DNA from: Synechococcus sp. | Lineage (GTDB): Bacteria > Cyanobacteriota > Cyanobacteriia > Thermostichales > PCC-7336 | Assembly (NCBI GenBank): GCA_051439425.1 | Contig: JBFRWD010000022.1 | Coordinates: 1-19,892, forward strand | Length of the DNA: 19,892 nt | Direction: 5' to 3' | Part shown: positions 1 through 8,769 of the stretch, piece by piece | How positions within the stretch are numbered: position 1 is the stretch's first letter | Layout of the letters: each line of letters opens with the position of its first letter | Notes under the pieces: generated by a model | What the model was told of the DNA's origin: nothing | The model's database searches: none | The model's input: the letters and a program-made list of their open reading frames with translations, nothing else | Translations under genes and position numbers: made by a program

Positions 1-285
1 TAGCTATATAACGTATTCAACTGCATAAGCCAGAAACAAAGGTTTTCTCAAAATTACCTTAAAGACTTTCAATCATAGGACTTCTGGAATAAAAACAGCT
101 TTAATGAAATCCCTGAATACCAGACCGAGCATGTTAAGTTTTTAGAACATTCTGAACTTAATCGCTAGTTAGTTATAAATCTATTAAGGGCTGAGAGAGC
201 CTTCTCTCGTCGGGGCATTTGTCGCCAGCCATCTGTTAGCAGCGGCAATCGCCTTCTTTTTCAACATCATTCGGGAAATACAGTT

Positions 286-1395
286 ATGAGTCAGCAATTG
301 TCTGCCACCCGCAACCTCGATCGGACTGAAACCTCGCATGCCAACGAGTTTGGCTATCCCAGTAACTCTCGCCAGCGGGCTAAGCAGTTTGTTATGGACT
401 TGCAGGACAGCATCTGCGAAGGTCTTGAAGAATTAGATGGCGAGGCGCGCTTCCAGGAGGATAATTGGCAGCGGCCCGAAGGGGGCGGCGGTCGCACGCG
501 AGTGATTCGCGATGGGGGAGTCTTCGAACAGGGGGGCGTGAATTTTTCGGAGGTATGGGGTGAGTCGCTGCCCCCTGCAATCTTGACCCAGCGACCCGAT
601 GCCATCGGTCACGGGTTCTATGCGACTGGGACTTCGATGGTGCTGCACCCCCGCAACCCTTACGTTCCTACCGTCCATCTCAATTACCGCTATTTCGAAG
701 CGGGTCCCGTGTGGTGGTTTGGGGGTGGCGTCGATCTGACCCCGTACTATCCCTTTGCGGAAGATGCCGTTCATTTTCACCGCACCATCAAGCGCGCCTG
801 CGATGTCCACAATCCCCACTACTATCCGGTATTCAAGCAGTGGTGCGACGAATATTTCTATTTGAAGCACCGTCAGGAAGCGCGGGGTATTGGCGGTATT
901 TTCTTTGACTATCAAGACGATCGCAGCCCGCTGTATGCAGGGCCAAACCCCGATGGATTAGCCGCAGCCGCCAGCGATCGCGTGGGTTCCGTCTCTAGGA
1001 ATTGGGAAGAGATATTCGCCTTCGTGCAAAGTTGCGGTCAGTCCTTTTTACCGGCCTACCTGCCGATTGCCGAGAAGCGTCAGCAGATGGAGTACGGCGA
1101 GCGCGAGCGCAACTTTCAGCTCTACCGCAGGGGCCGCTACGTCGAATTCAATTTGGTGTACGACCGCGGCACGATCTTTGGCTTGCAAACCAACGGCCGC
1201 ACTGAATCTATTTTGATGTCTCTGCCCCCCCTAACTCGATGGGAGTACAACTACCATCCGGAACCGGATACCCCTGAAGCAGAGCTTTACGGCACGTTTC
1301 TTAAGCCCCAAGATTGGGTGAATTGGCCTCTAGATGCAGCCGATCGGCCTGCTGCGTCCCCGGTCAGTGCCACCCCCTCGGGCTTTTCAAGCTAA
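286..1395 (+). CDS. hemF: Oxygen-dependent coproporphyrinogen III oxidase
   Basis: 369 aa. Family motifs [52 protein letters not shown] and [20 protein letters not shown]. Confidence 0.97.
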   Translation: MSQQLSATRNLDRTETSHANEFGYPSNSRQRAKQFVMDLQDSICEGLEELDGEARFQEDNWQRPEGGGGRTRVIRDGGVFEQGGVNFSEVWGESLPPAILTQRPDAIGHGFYATGTSMVLHPRNPYVPTVHLNYRYFEAGPVWWFGGGVDLTPYYPFAEDAVHFHRTIKRACDVHNPHYYPVFKQWCDEYFYLKHRQEARGIGGIFFDYQDDRSPLYAGPNPDGLAAAASDRVGSVSRNWEEIFAFVQSCGQSFLPAYLPIAEKRQQMEYGERERNFQLYRRGRYVEFNLVYDRGTIFGLQTNGRTESILMSLPPLTRWEYNYHPEPDTPEAELYGTFLKPQDWVNWPLDAADRPAASPVSATPSGFSS

Positions 1396-1437
1396 TCATC
1401 TGAATCCTCAAAACCATCGAGACAAGAGGCACTGATT

Positions 1438-2190
1438 ATGTCTGGTAATTTAGCTGCACAACTCAGACAGGGCACTGCCCACTCCCATACCGTGGCAGAA
1501 AACACCGCCTTCATGAAGTGTTTTCTCAAGGGAATTGTGGAGCGGGAGCCCTTGCGAAAGCTCTTCGCAGATTTTTACTTCCTTTACTCCGCCTTGGAAG
1601 AGGAAATGCAGCGCCACAGCGACGATGCGGTTGTCGGTCTTCTCTACTTCCCCGATCTGAACCGGCAAGCCAATCTAGAGGAAGACCTCGAGTTTTATTA
1701 CGGAGAGCAGTGGCGCGATCGCATTCAGCCGTCCGATGCTGGAAAACAGTATGTCGCCAGAATCCGATGGGTCGCTAACACAAACCCGGCTTTGCTAATC
1801 GCCCACGCTTATGTCCGCTATCTCGGAGATTTGTCGGGGGGGCAAGGGTTGAAGGGGGTCGTCAGATCGGCGCTGGACCTACCCGACGATCGCGGCACTC
1901 GCTTTTACGAGTTCGATGCCATGCCGACTCCAGAAGCCAAACGGGAGTTTAAGACAACCTATCGCGATGCACTGAATTCCTTGACGGTAGACGATCGGCT
2001 GGCCAAGCAAATTGTGGAGGAAGCGAACTTTGTGTTTCAGCTCAACTGCGAAGTCATGCATGCCTTAGAGGCTGACGTCAAAGCAGCCATTGGAGATCAC
2101 GCCTTCGAGCTGCTGACGAAGCAAGACCGACAGGGCAGCACGGAACGGCATCGCGGCAATCGCCCTGCAGACTTAGCGGCCGTTACGTAA
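1438..2190 (+). CDS. ho2: Heme oxygenase (biliverdin-producing), HO2-type paralog
   Basis: 250 aa. Proximal His in SHTVAE and distal helix AHAYVRYLGDLSGGQ. KCFLKGIVERE and the C-terminal AIGDHAFELLTKQDRQGSTE resemble the microoxic HO2 of Synechocystis rather than HO1 (from recall). GAGG RBS upstream. Confidence 0.9.
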   Translation: MSGNLAAQLRQGTAHSHTVAENTAFMKCFLKGIVEREPLRKLFADFYFLYSALEEEMQRHSDDAVVGLLYFPDLNRQANLEEDLEFYYGEQWRDRIQPSDAGKQYVARIRWVANTNPALLIAHAYVRYLGDLSGGQGLKGVVRSALDLPDDRGTRFYEFDAMPTPEAKREFKTTYRDALNSLTVDDRLAKQIVEEANFVFQLNCEVMHALEADVKAAIGDHAFELLTKQDRQGSTERHRGNRPADLAAVT

Positions 2191-2336
2191 GTCCAAACGC
2201 CGTTACCGCTATCCCCGCCGCTAGTTCTCCCCACTATTCGGCGGGGAAATGGACAGGCTATCGTCTGTCCTTCAACTCCATTTGCTAATAGCAAACCTTA
2301 CTTTCGTCCGTTCATCCCGTTTGGAAAGCTAAGCTG

Positions 2337-2894
2337 ATGCCCTACTTATGGTTCAAGGTGTTTCACATCGTCGGAGTCGTTGTTTGGTTTGCGGGTTTGT
2401 TCTACTTAGTTCGGCTGTTTATCTACGACGTTGAAGCGAACGACAGAGCTGAACCCGCCAGATCGACGCTCCAAGCTCAATATCGCCTGATGGAAAAGCG
2501 CCTCTTCAATATCATCACGACGCCCGGCATGGTCGTCACCATTGCGATGGCAATGGGGCTGCTGCTCGGCGATCGCAGTCTCATCCACCAACAGTGGTTG
2601 CAAATCAAGCTGGGACTGGTTGTTCTCCTAGTGCTGTATCACTTTTATTGCGGACGAATTTTCAAGCAGTTGTCATCCGATACCTGTAGCTGGACCGGCC
2701 AACAGCTGCGGTTATTGAACGAGCTGCCCACCGTCTTGTTGCTTGCCATCGTATCTTTAGCGGTCTTTAAGAACAGCCTGCCTGTTTATAGCGCAACTGC
2801 AGGACTGCTGGGATTGGTTGTCCTGATGTTGGTCGGCATTTATGTCTATGCCAAGAACCGGTTAAGCCATCAAAATATCGAATCTCTGTCCTGA
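2337..2894 (+). CDS. hemJ: Protoporphyrinogen IX oxidase HemJ
   Basis: 185 aa membrane protein. WFKVFHIVGVVVWFAGLFYLVRLF, MEKRLFNIITTPG, IKL and LNELPT are typical of cyanobacterial HemJ. Confidence 0.93.
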   Translation: MPYLWFKVFHIVGVVVWFAGLFYLVRLFIYDVEANDRAEPARSTLQAQYRLMEKRLFNIITTPGMVVTIAMAMGLLLGDRSLIHQQWLQIKLGLVVLLVLYHFYCGRIFKQLSSDTCSWTGQQLRLLNELPTVLLLAIVSLAVFKNSLPVYSATAGLLGLVVLMLVGIYVYAKNRLSHQNIESLS

Positions 2895-2954
2895 GAAATT
2901 TTTGCCCCGAGGCGATTTGCCAATCCCGAATTCCAGCCTGTTGAGGAGACTTGA

Positions 2955-3806
2955 ATGACTTTAGAAATATCTCGATCTGAGGGTATTGAGAAACACCCTC
3001 TCAATTTGAACTGGAGCACCATCGGATTTTTTGCGGCCATTCACAGTTTAGCCTTGGTGTCCCCCTGGTTTTTCTCCTGGTCTGCGGTGGGCCTCACCCT
3101 ATTTCTACACTGGCTGTTCGGCAGTATCGGTATTTGTTTGGGGTATCACCGGCTCTTGAGCCATCGGAGTTTCCAGGTCCCGAAGGGGTTGGAATACGCG
3201 ATCGCTCTATTAGGGGCTTTAGCACTGCAGGGCGGGCCCATCTTCTGGGTGGCAGGCCATCGATTGCACCACGCCCATACCGAGGATACTGACAAAGATC
3301 CCTACTCGGCTCGACGGGGATTTTGGTGGAGTCACATGGTGTGGATGTTTTATAAGCAGCCCGATTTCTTTGATTTCGACCGTTATAAGAAATACGCCCC
3401 AGATTTAGCTCGTCAGCCATTTTATGTCTGGTTGGATCGCTACTTTCTCCTTCTACAAATCCCTTTAGGGCTATTGCTTTACATTGCGGGTGGCTGGTCA
3501 TTTGTGTTCTGGGGGATGTTCGCCAGAGTGGTGCTGCTTTGGCACAGTACATGGCTGATAAATTCGGTTACTCACATGTGGGGATACCGGACGTTTGACG
3601 TTGACGATAATTCTCGCAATCTCTGGTGGGCGGCAGTTTTTACCTATGGAGAAGGGTGGCACAACAACCATCACGCCTATCCAAATGTTGCTAAGGCCGG
3701 TTGGCAGTGGTGGGAAATCGATGTGACCTGGTGGGCCATTCAATGTCTTAGAAAGTTAGGTCTGGCCCGCAAGGTTGTGATGCCCCCGTTAGAGCTCAAG
3801 GAGTAG
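2955..3806 (+). CDS. desC: Delta-9 acyl-lipid fatty acid desaturase (DesC family, probably a desC2/desF-like paralog)
   Basis: Three His boxes (HRLLSH, HRLHH, HNNHH) and the GEGWHNNHH motif. GAGGAG RBS upstream. Confidence 0.92.
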   Translation: MTLEISRSEGIEKHPLNLNWSTIGFFAAIHSLALVSPWFFSWSAVGLTLFLHWLFGSIGICLGYHRLLSHRSFQVPKGLEYAIALLGALALQGGPIFWVAGHRLHHAHTEDTDKDPYSARRGFWWSHMVWMFYKQPDFFDFDRYKKYAPDLARQPFYVWLDRYFLLLQIPLGLLLYIAGGWSFVFWGMFARVVLLWHSTWLINSVTHMWGYRTFDVDDNSRNLWWAAVFTYGEGWHNNHHAYPNVAKAGWQWWEIDVTWWAIQCLRKLGLARKVVMPPLELKE

Positions 3807-3813
3807 ATGGATC

Positions 3814-4434
3814 GTGAACATAACAACTGCATCGATTTCCAAACCGGAAATTCCCCTTGGATTTCTCAATCTAATGGGGTACGTGGATGAATCGGAGGTC
3901 AACGGCCCTGGTCGTCGGGCTGTTGTTTGGCTGCAGGGATGTGATCGGCATTGCGACGGTTGTTTTAATCCGGCTTCCTGGTCGTTCGATGTCAATCAGT
4001 TGGTGGATGTTGAATCCTTGGCCGAACAAATCCTTAGCAATCCACGTAACGAAGGGGTGACGTTTTCCGGTGGAGAACCGTTCGTGCAAGCCCCAGAGTT
4101 GGCTAAATTAGCCCGTCGAGTTAAGGCGGCGGGAATGAGTGTGATGTCATTCAGCGGATTTACCTTAGCTCAACTGCAATCGGACAATGCACCTGATGGT
4201 GCGGAAAGCCTTCTGGTCCAACTGGATCTATTGGTGGACGGTCCTTTCGTCAGTTCTCAAGCCATTCAATCGCCAAACTCAATGGTTTCGTCCCGAAATC
4301 AGCGGGTGCTTGTATTCAACCCAGATTTACAGGATCGGCTCGATTGGGCGAGTGATGAAATAGAAATCCACATCCTCAAAGATGGCAGGCGGATTGTGAC
4401 TGGCTATTGCGGTCAATTGAGTTTTTCAGAGTAA
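3814..4434 (+). CDS. Radical SAM protein, NrdG-like (anaerobic RNR activase / 4Fe-4S single cluster family)
   Basis: NGPGRRAVVWLQGCDRHCDGCFNP (CxxxCxxC), GVTFSGGEPF, DLLVDGPF and SRNQRV. GTG start 7 nt after the desC stop. Confidence 0.85.
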   Translation: MNITTASISKPEIPLGFLNLMGYVDESEVNGPGRRAVVWLQGCDRHCDGCFNPASWSFDVNQLVDVESLAEQILSNPRNEGVTFSGGEPFVQAPELAKLARRVKAAGMSVMSFSGFTLAQLQSDNAPDGAESLLVQLDLLVDGPFVSSQAIQSPNSMVSSRNQRVLVFNPDLQDRLDWASDEIEIHILKDGRRIVTGYCGQLSFSE

Positions 4435-4636
4435 ATCAACCGAGCTTGTTTCGACTTCCGATTCTCTGGTGTCATGCTTTGTGAGAGCCTGCATTGCATG
4501 ATGGGTTGTTAGAAATATTCTGTCCTCTCCCAATTGTTCCGGGAAGTTCACGGCAAGGAGCCTATCCATTACAGGGCCTTTGGTTATATAACGAAGCAAT
4601 AGAGACTACATGCTCGCCCCAACTTATTTAAAGTAG

Positions 4637-5200
4637 CTATGAAAGCTTGCGGCTAAGATTTTGCCCGTACAGCCAAGTCAGCAAGACAGTTCGACATTGC
4701 AAGCATGTCAGTTTCTCGAGCAACGATTGAATACCACTGTCCGTTACAGCGTACCTCTCACCTACCCGATCGGCAGCCAGTTGCACTGTTGGCTTGAGAT
4801 AAACGACAAATCCGAAAAGCTTTTGATTTGAAAAGGAGCTGTTGACCTGCCAACCAGCCTCATTCAAGGAGGTACAGCTAGCAATCGCCTCTGCTGGAAC
4901 GCCTAGCTCCCTTTCAAGAATGTCAGGAATTGCGGCTTCAGGACGCTCTTCCTGTAGAACTCTCCCCCCGGGAAAATCCAAGGTGAGTTGCCCCACTCCT
5001 GGACGGTACATTGCGGGAGGCAATATCAAATGATTGCCTTGCACTGTCAAAATCACTGCGGAATTGGCAGTTTCAACCCGCCAGTAATCCAGCAATCGAT
5101 TGCCATCGTCCTGCAGGCGTTCGCCAATCAGGGTCATCCAAGGGGATGTCACTTCGAGAAAGCGATCTAGAGTTTGCCATGACGGAGAAGGGGAACCCAT
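4637..5200 (-). CDS. Nudix-fold hydrolase with a degenerate Nudix box
   Basis: YRPGVGQLTLDFPGGRV...ILERELG resembles ADP-ribose pyrophosphatase-like Nudix proteins. Start placed at ATG 5200 (GGAG upstream, no overlap with the previous gene) instead of the ORF-track start at 5284. Confidence 0.75.
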   Translation of the reverse strand: MGSPSPSWQTLDRFLEVTSPWMTLIGERLQDDGNRLLDYWRVETANSAVILTVQGNHLILPPAMYRPGVGQLTLDFPGGRVLQEERPEAAIPDILERELGVPAEAIASCTSLNEAGWQVNSSFSNQKLFGFVVYLKPTVQLAADRVGERYAVTDSGIQSLLEKLTCLQCRTVLLTWLYGQNLSRKLS

Positions 5201-5228
5201 GGAAGAAATCTCCAGACAATTGCGGGAC

Positions 5229-6020
5229 TTATAACGGCACGTAGCGAACCGGAACGAGCGTTTCGCGCTGGAGTTGCGCGGCAAACTGACTCAAGAGGTT
5301 ACTCTCTACCGGTTGGAGTGAATGGGTGGCATAGGGTCTCGATTGCTGGTGGTTGCCACGAGCATCTAATTGACGAGTTAACGGTTGAGGTCGAGTGGGT
5401 GTGTTGATTTGAATCTCGTCCGGGTGTATCTGCTGAATGTAATGAATAAACTTCCTTCGCTTAGCCTCAGACCAAGGAGCCAGCAGCATGGTCTGGATGG
5501 CTAAATGCCCGGTGTAATCTTGCCGGAATTGCATCAATCCCCTCGCGATATCTGAGAGTTCAATCTGTGGGACGGGCCGACTAACGCCTTTGAACTGAGA
5601 CTTTGTCACTGCATCAAGTTTGGCCGCGACAGTATCGGCGGCAGCGAGCGCGTTGCAGACCTCCCGATCGTGCAGCATTGTGCTGTTCGTCAGTACGACC
5701 GTGGGACGGTCGATGACAGCTCGGGCGATAGCGAGAATCTCCTCTAAATTGGACGCCAGAGTGGGTTCACCACTGCCACTTACGGTCACGACATCTACAG
5801 CATCAGGATCGATTGGCAACAGCTCTCGTTCGATTTGGTCCGTGGAAACAAATATCTGCCGTCGATCGGTGACGTTCTCAATCTCGCCCAACTGACAGTA
5901 AACGCAATTAAAGGAACAAGTGGAGACCTTGCCAATAGGGTCGATGCCGAGCGATCTCCCAAACCGCCAGGACGAGACCGGACCGTAAACAGCTCGGACT
6001 GGAAGGCTGCGATCGGGCAT
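5229..6020 (-). CDS. Radical SAM Fe-S oxidoreductase (COG0731-like)
   Basis: YGPVSSWRFGRSLGID, CSFNCVYC, SGSGEPTL, VLTNS and KLDA motifs. Confidence 0.88.
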   Translation of the reverse strand: MPDRSLPVRAVYGPVSSWRFGRSLGIDPIGKVSTCSFNCVYCQLGEIENVTDRRQIFVSTDQIERELLPIDPDAVDVVTVSGSGEPTLASNLEEILAIARAVIDRPTVVLTNSTMLHDREVCNALAAADTVAAKLDAVTKSQFKGVSRPVPQIELSDIARGLMQFRQDYTGHLAIQTMLLAPWSEAKRRKFIHYIQQIHPDEIQINTPTRPQPLTRQLDARGNHQQSRPYATHSLQPVESNLLSQFAAQLQRETLVPVRYVPL

Positions 6021-6093
6021 GGTTTGCCACCCCCACTACGACACCACAAATGCAAAGAACGGCCTCACCAATACCTACTCAATAGAACCGAGG

Positions 6094-6624
6094 CTAATAC
6101 CCTTGCCTAGCAACATCCTGCCATTCTTGAATCGTTCCGAGAGGCACATTCAACTCCACAATCAAACCATCTTCGGATGGCAGGTTTAGTTTAAGCGGAA
6201 CTTCGGAGCGCAATTGTGGGAGCACAGGTTGCAAGTCATACTGTCCGACATTGGGTTCGGGTGGGGAATCAGTGAAAATCTTAGCTGACGCATCATTCGC
6301 TGTCAGGGTTTGACCGAGTGAGGTTGTCAGCATGAGCGGCTGCATGCGATCGATGGAGGCAGTGCCGGGAAACCCCACCAAACGTAGGTAAAAAATATCT
6401 GTACCGTCAGGACGAACGCGCTTAAAAGCGATCGCCTGCCAGGTGTTATTCTCCTTATCCCGTAAGGCAGTACGTGATTGGTAGAGTATCTGTCCTGGAG
6501 CTTCTTCCAGCTGACTAACCGCAGCATTGGCGGTCATGCCTGCCGGGAGTCCCCACACCAGAGTGGCGATCGAGCTGGCTAGCAATATGCCTGTTAGGAC
6601 TCTTCGGAATAAAGATCCCATCAC
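6094..6624 (-). CDS. DUF3122 family exported protein
   Basis: N-terminal signal-like segment ending ANA-A, followed by QLEEAPGQILYQSR, LRLVGFPG and NVGQYDL, typical of the cyanobacterial DUF3122 family. GGAGG RBS upstream. Confidence 0.8.
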   Translation of the reverse strand: MMGSLFRRVLTGILLASSIATLVWGLPAGMTANAAVSQLEEAPGQILYQSRTALRDKENNTWQAIAFKRVRPDGTDIFYLRLVGFPGTASIDRMQPLMLTTSLGQTLTANDASAKIFTDSPPEPNVGQYDLQPVLPQLRSEVPLKLNLPSEDGLIVELNVPLGTIQEWQDVARQGY

Positions 6625-6697
6625 TGTTTTTCCTCCAGTTGAGTCAGATCGTCTCAGTAGTCCATAAAGTCGGTTTGCCTACAGAAGCAGGCATTGA

Positions 6698-7246
6698 CTA
6701 TTCGGAATTCTTAAGGGCCGCTTTGATATCGGGAATGAAAGTGGCGTACATCCCTCGCAGGTGGCCAACCTTAAAGTCATACGCCCGATCGTCTAGGTAG
6801 TTATTTTTGACAAAAGAAGGACGACTACTCTTATTACCATGGCAGAGAAGACAGCTTGCTTCGACATCGATGCGTCGGTAATAGCGAGTTCCCTCTTGGC
6901 CGTCTACAACCTCGCGATGCCAATAAGCAGTCAGATCGGGATTGAATTGAAACCGAGACAGGGCCATTTGCCCGTTCAAGTTAGTTGGAGCGTGACTGGG
7001 ATTGCGATACTTCTTGGCAATCTGCTGCACTTGCCAGCCGTGCTCTTTACTGAGTTGCTTGGCTCGCATTCCCACCGGACGGCAGACTTCCTTCACAGTT
7101 TCCACGGTAGGTTCCTCCTCTCGACCCTCTAGTGTCGAGGCAAGACCGGAGCGCATTGAATGGAGAAATTCAATTTCTGCTACCGTTTGAGCCAGTTCAG
7201 TAGGATCGGTCTGTGCAAGAGCAGGAGAGAAACCTAATTGCAGTGC
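6698..7246 (-). pseudogene. Tll0287-like (DUF3365) c-type heme protein, 5'-truncated
   Basis: CLLCH heme-binding motif, upstream Cys in KEVCRPVG, and KYRNP. The frame stays open upstream of ATG 7156 as ALQLGFSPALA-QTDPTELAQTVAEIE (a signal-peptide end) but meets TAG at 7247-7249 and 7265-7267 with no ATG/GTG/TTG start. Confidence 0.7.
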
Positions 7247-7314
7247 CTACCCAATCGCTATTTGCTACGTTGGAAAAGTAAGAAGTTTCTCTTCGAGAGC
7301 CAAGGAAGTGTCTT

Positions 7315-7386
7315 ATGGCTGAGTCGGTAACAATCTCTACTCAAGTCTTCGTTTTATCGGCAAGGTCAGAGGCTGCTTTTTTCTAA
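7315..7386 (+). CDS. Putative 23-aa leader peptide MAESVTISTQVFVLSARSEAAFF upstream of rsgA
   Basis: AAGGAAG SD at 7302-7308, ATG 7315, TAA 7384-7386. Overlaps one arm of a pair of alternative hairpins. Confidence 0.55.
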   Translation: MAESVTISTQVFVLSARSEAAFF

Positions 7387-7438
7387 AGCTTTCTCATACC
7401 CCTCTTAGAGCCTTGCCCTGTAATTGGCTTCTTAGAGG
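7359..7438 (+). promoter_or_regulatory. Candidate translational attenuator (alternative hairpins)
   Basis: Segment 7401-7417 (CCTCTTAGAGCCTTGCC) can pair either with GGCAAGGTCAGAGG (7359-7372) or with GGCTTCTTAGAGG (7426-7438), which contains the rsgA SD. Confidence 0.55.
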
Positions 7439-7446
7439 ACAAAACA

Positions 7447-8517
7447 TTGAACTTAAGTACGTTTGGCTGGTGCCCAGGCAGCAGCATTGACTTGGCATTT
7501 TCATCATTCGATCGAACGAAATTTGTCATAGCTCGCGTTATTTCCGAGCATCGTGGCATGTATCGAATCGTCATGGAAATAGGTGAGGCAGATGCTCACA
7601 TCACCGGACATTTTCTGCATCAGGCTGAACATTCATTGATGTTTCCAGCCGTGGGGGATTGGGTGGTTGTTGAATCTCATGGGGGAAAGAATCCAGCGAC
7701 CATTCATCACGTGTTGCCTCGCACAAGCCAGTTTGTGCGAAAGGCTGCTGGCACTTCTACAGAAGGACAAATCGTCGCCGCCAATGTGGATACGGTGTTT
7801 CTCCTGTCGGGTCTGGATGGTGACTTTAATTTGCGACGGATTGAGCGATACTTGGTCGCTGCCTGGGAGAGCAGGGCAACGCCTGTCGTTGTGTTGAATA
7901 AGGCTGATGTCTGTTCTGAATTAGACGATGTCATAGGTCAGGTGGAATCCGTTGCCATTGGGGTACCCATCCATCCCATCAGTGCCATATCAGGAAGAGG
8001 ACTGGAGTGGCTGGAACCATATTTACTCCCAGGCAAAACGGTAGCGTTGATGGGGTCATCAGGTGTGGGAAAATCTACTCTGACAAATTACTTACTGGGG
8101 CAGAAACAGCAAGATATCCAGGAGGTGAGGACAGACGATAGTCGAGGGCGACATACCACCACCCATCGGCAGCTGTTTCCATTGCCGTCCGGAGCTTTGC
8201 TCATTGACTCTCCGGGAATGCGTGAACTCCAGCTTTGGAGTGATGGGTCTGGCTTGCAGGAAACCTTCGGGGAGATTGAAGCCCTAGCTGAAGGCTGTAA
8301 GTTTCATGATTGCCAGCATGCTACAGAGCCCGGATGTGCCGTGAAGGAGGCGATCGCCCTTGGTACCCTCGATCCACGACGATTTCAGAGTTATCAAAAG
8401 CTTCAGCGAGAGCAACAGTGGATCGAGCAACGGCAGGATGTTCATGCACGCCACAATTCAAAACGCCGATGGAAGCAGATCAGTAAAATCATTCGTCAGC
8501 AAAAAAGACCTGACTGA
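7447..8517 (+). CDS. rsgA: Ribosome small subunit-dependent GTPase A (long, accessory-type paralog)
   Basis: Circularly permuted GTPase with NKAD, GSSGVGKS, GRHTT and DSPG, followed by Zn finger CKFHDCQHATEPGC. TTG start with AGAGGA SD. Confidence 0.95.
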   Translation: MNLSTFGWCPGSSIDLAFSSFDRTKFVIARVISEHRGMYRIVMEIGEADAHITGHFLHQAEHSLMFPAVGDWVVVESHGGKNPATIHHVLPRTSQFVRKAAGTSTEGQIVAANVDTVFLLSGLDGDFNLRRIERYLVAAWESRATPVVVLNKADVCSELDDVIGQVESVAIGVPIHPISAISGRGLEWLEPYLLPGKTVALMGSSGVGKSTLTNYLLGQKQQDIQEVRTDDSRGRHTTTHRQLFPLPSGALLIDSPGMRELQLWSDGSGLQETFGEIEALAEGCKFHDCQHATEPGCAVKEAIALGTLDPRRFQSYQKLQREQQWIEQRQDVHARHNSKRRWKQISKIIRQQKRPD

Positions 8518-8521
8518 GTGA

Positions 8522-8554
8522 GCTGGACGGATCCTCGCAACGGGATTCGCCAGC
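8522..8554 (+). terminator. 3' stem-loop after rsgA (no U tract)
   Basis: GCTGG-A-CGGATCC ... GGATTCG-CCAGC imperfect inverted repeat right after the stop codon. Confidence 0.45.
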
Positions 8555-8769
8555 CTGGGTTGGTTCAAAACCGCCAAACATCACTTTTGCCAATCCACAC
8601 TCCAAGATGTTTATCGTTATCTGTTGGTATGCATAACTGCTATTGCGTCGTGGAGGGAGAGGCACTTGAAGGGGATAGGTGAGTTTGAACGCAGACTGAT
8701 GTCACCGTGCAGTTGAAAATTTGAGAGGACAGGTCTCGGAACTTAGTGTTTCGATTGATTTATAAACAT

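Noticed and set aside
2314..2327. ChlR-like site ATCCC-GTTT-GGAAA
   Set aside because: One mismatch, and it sits over the hemJ RBS, which is not where an activator site is expected.
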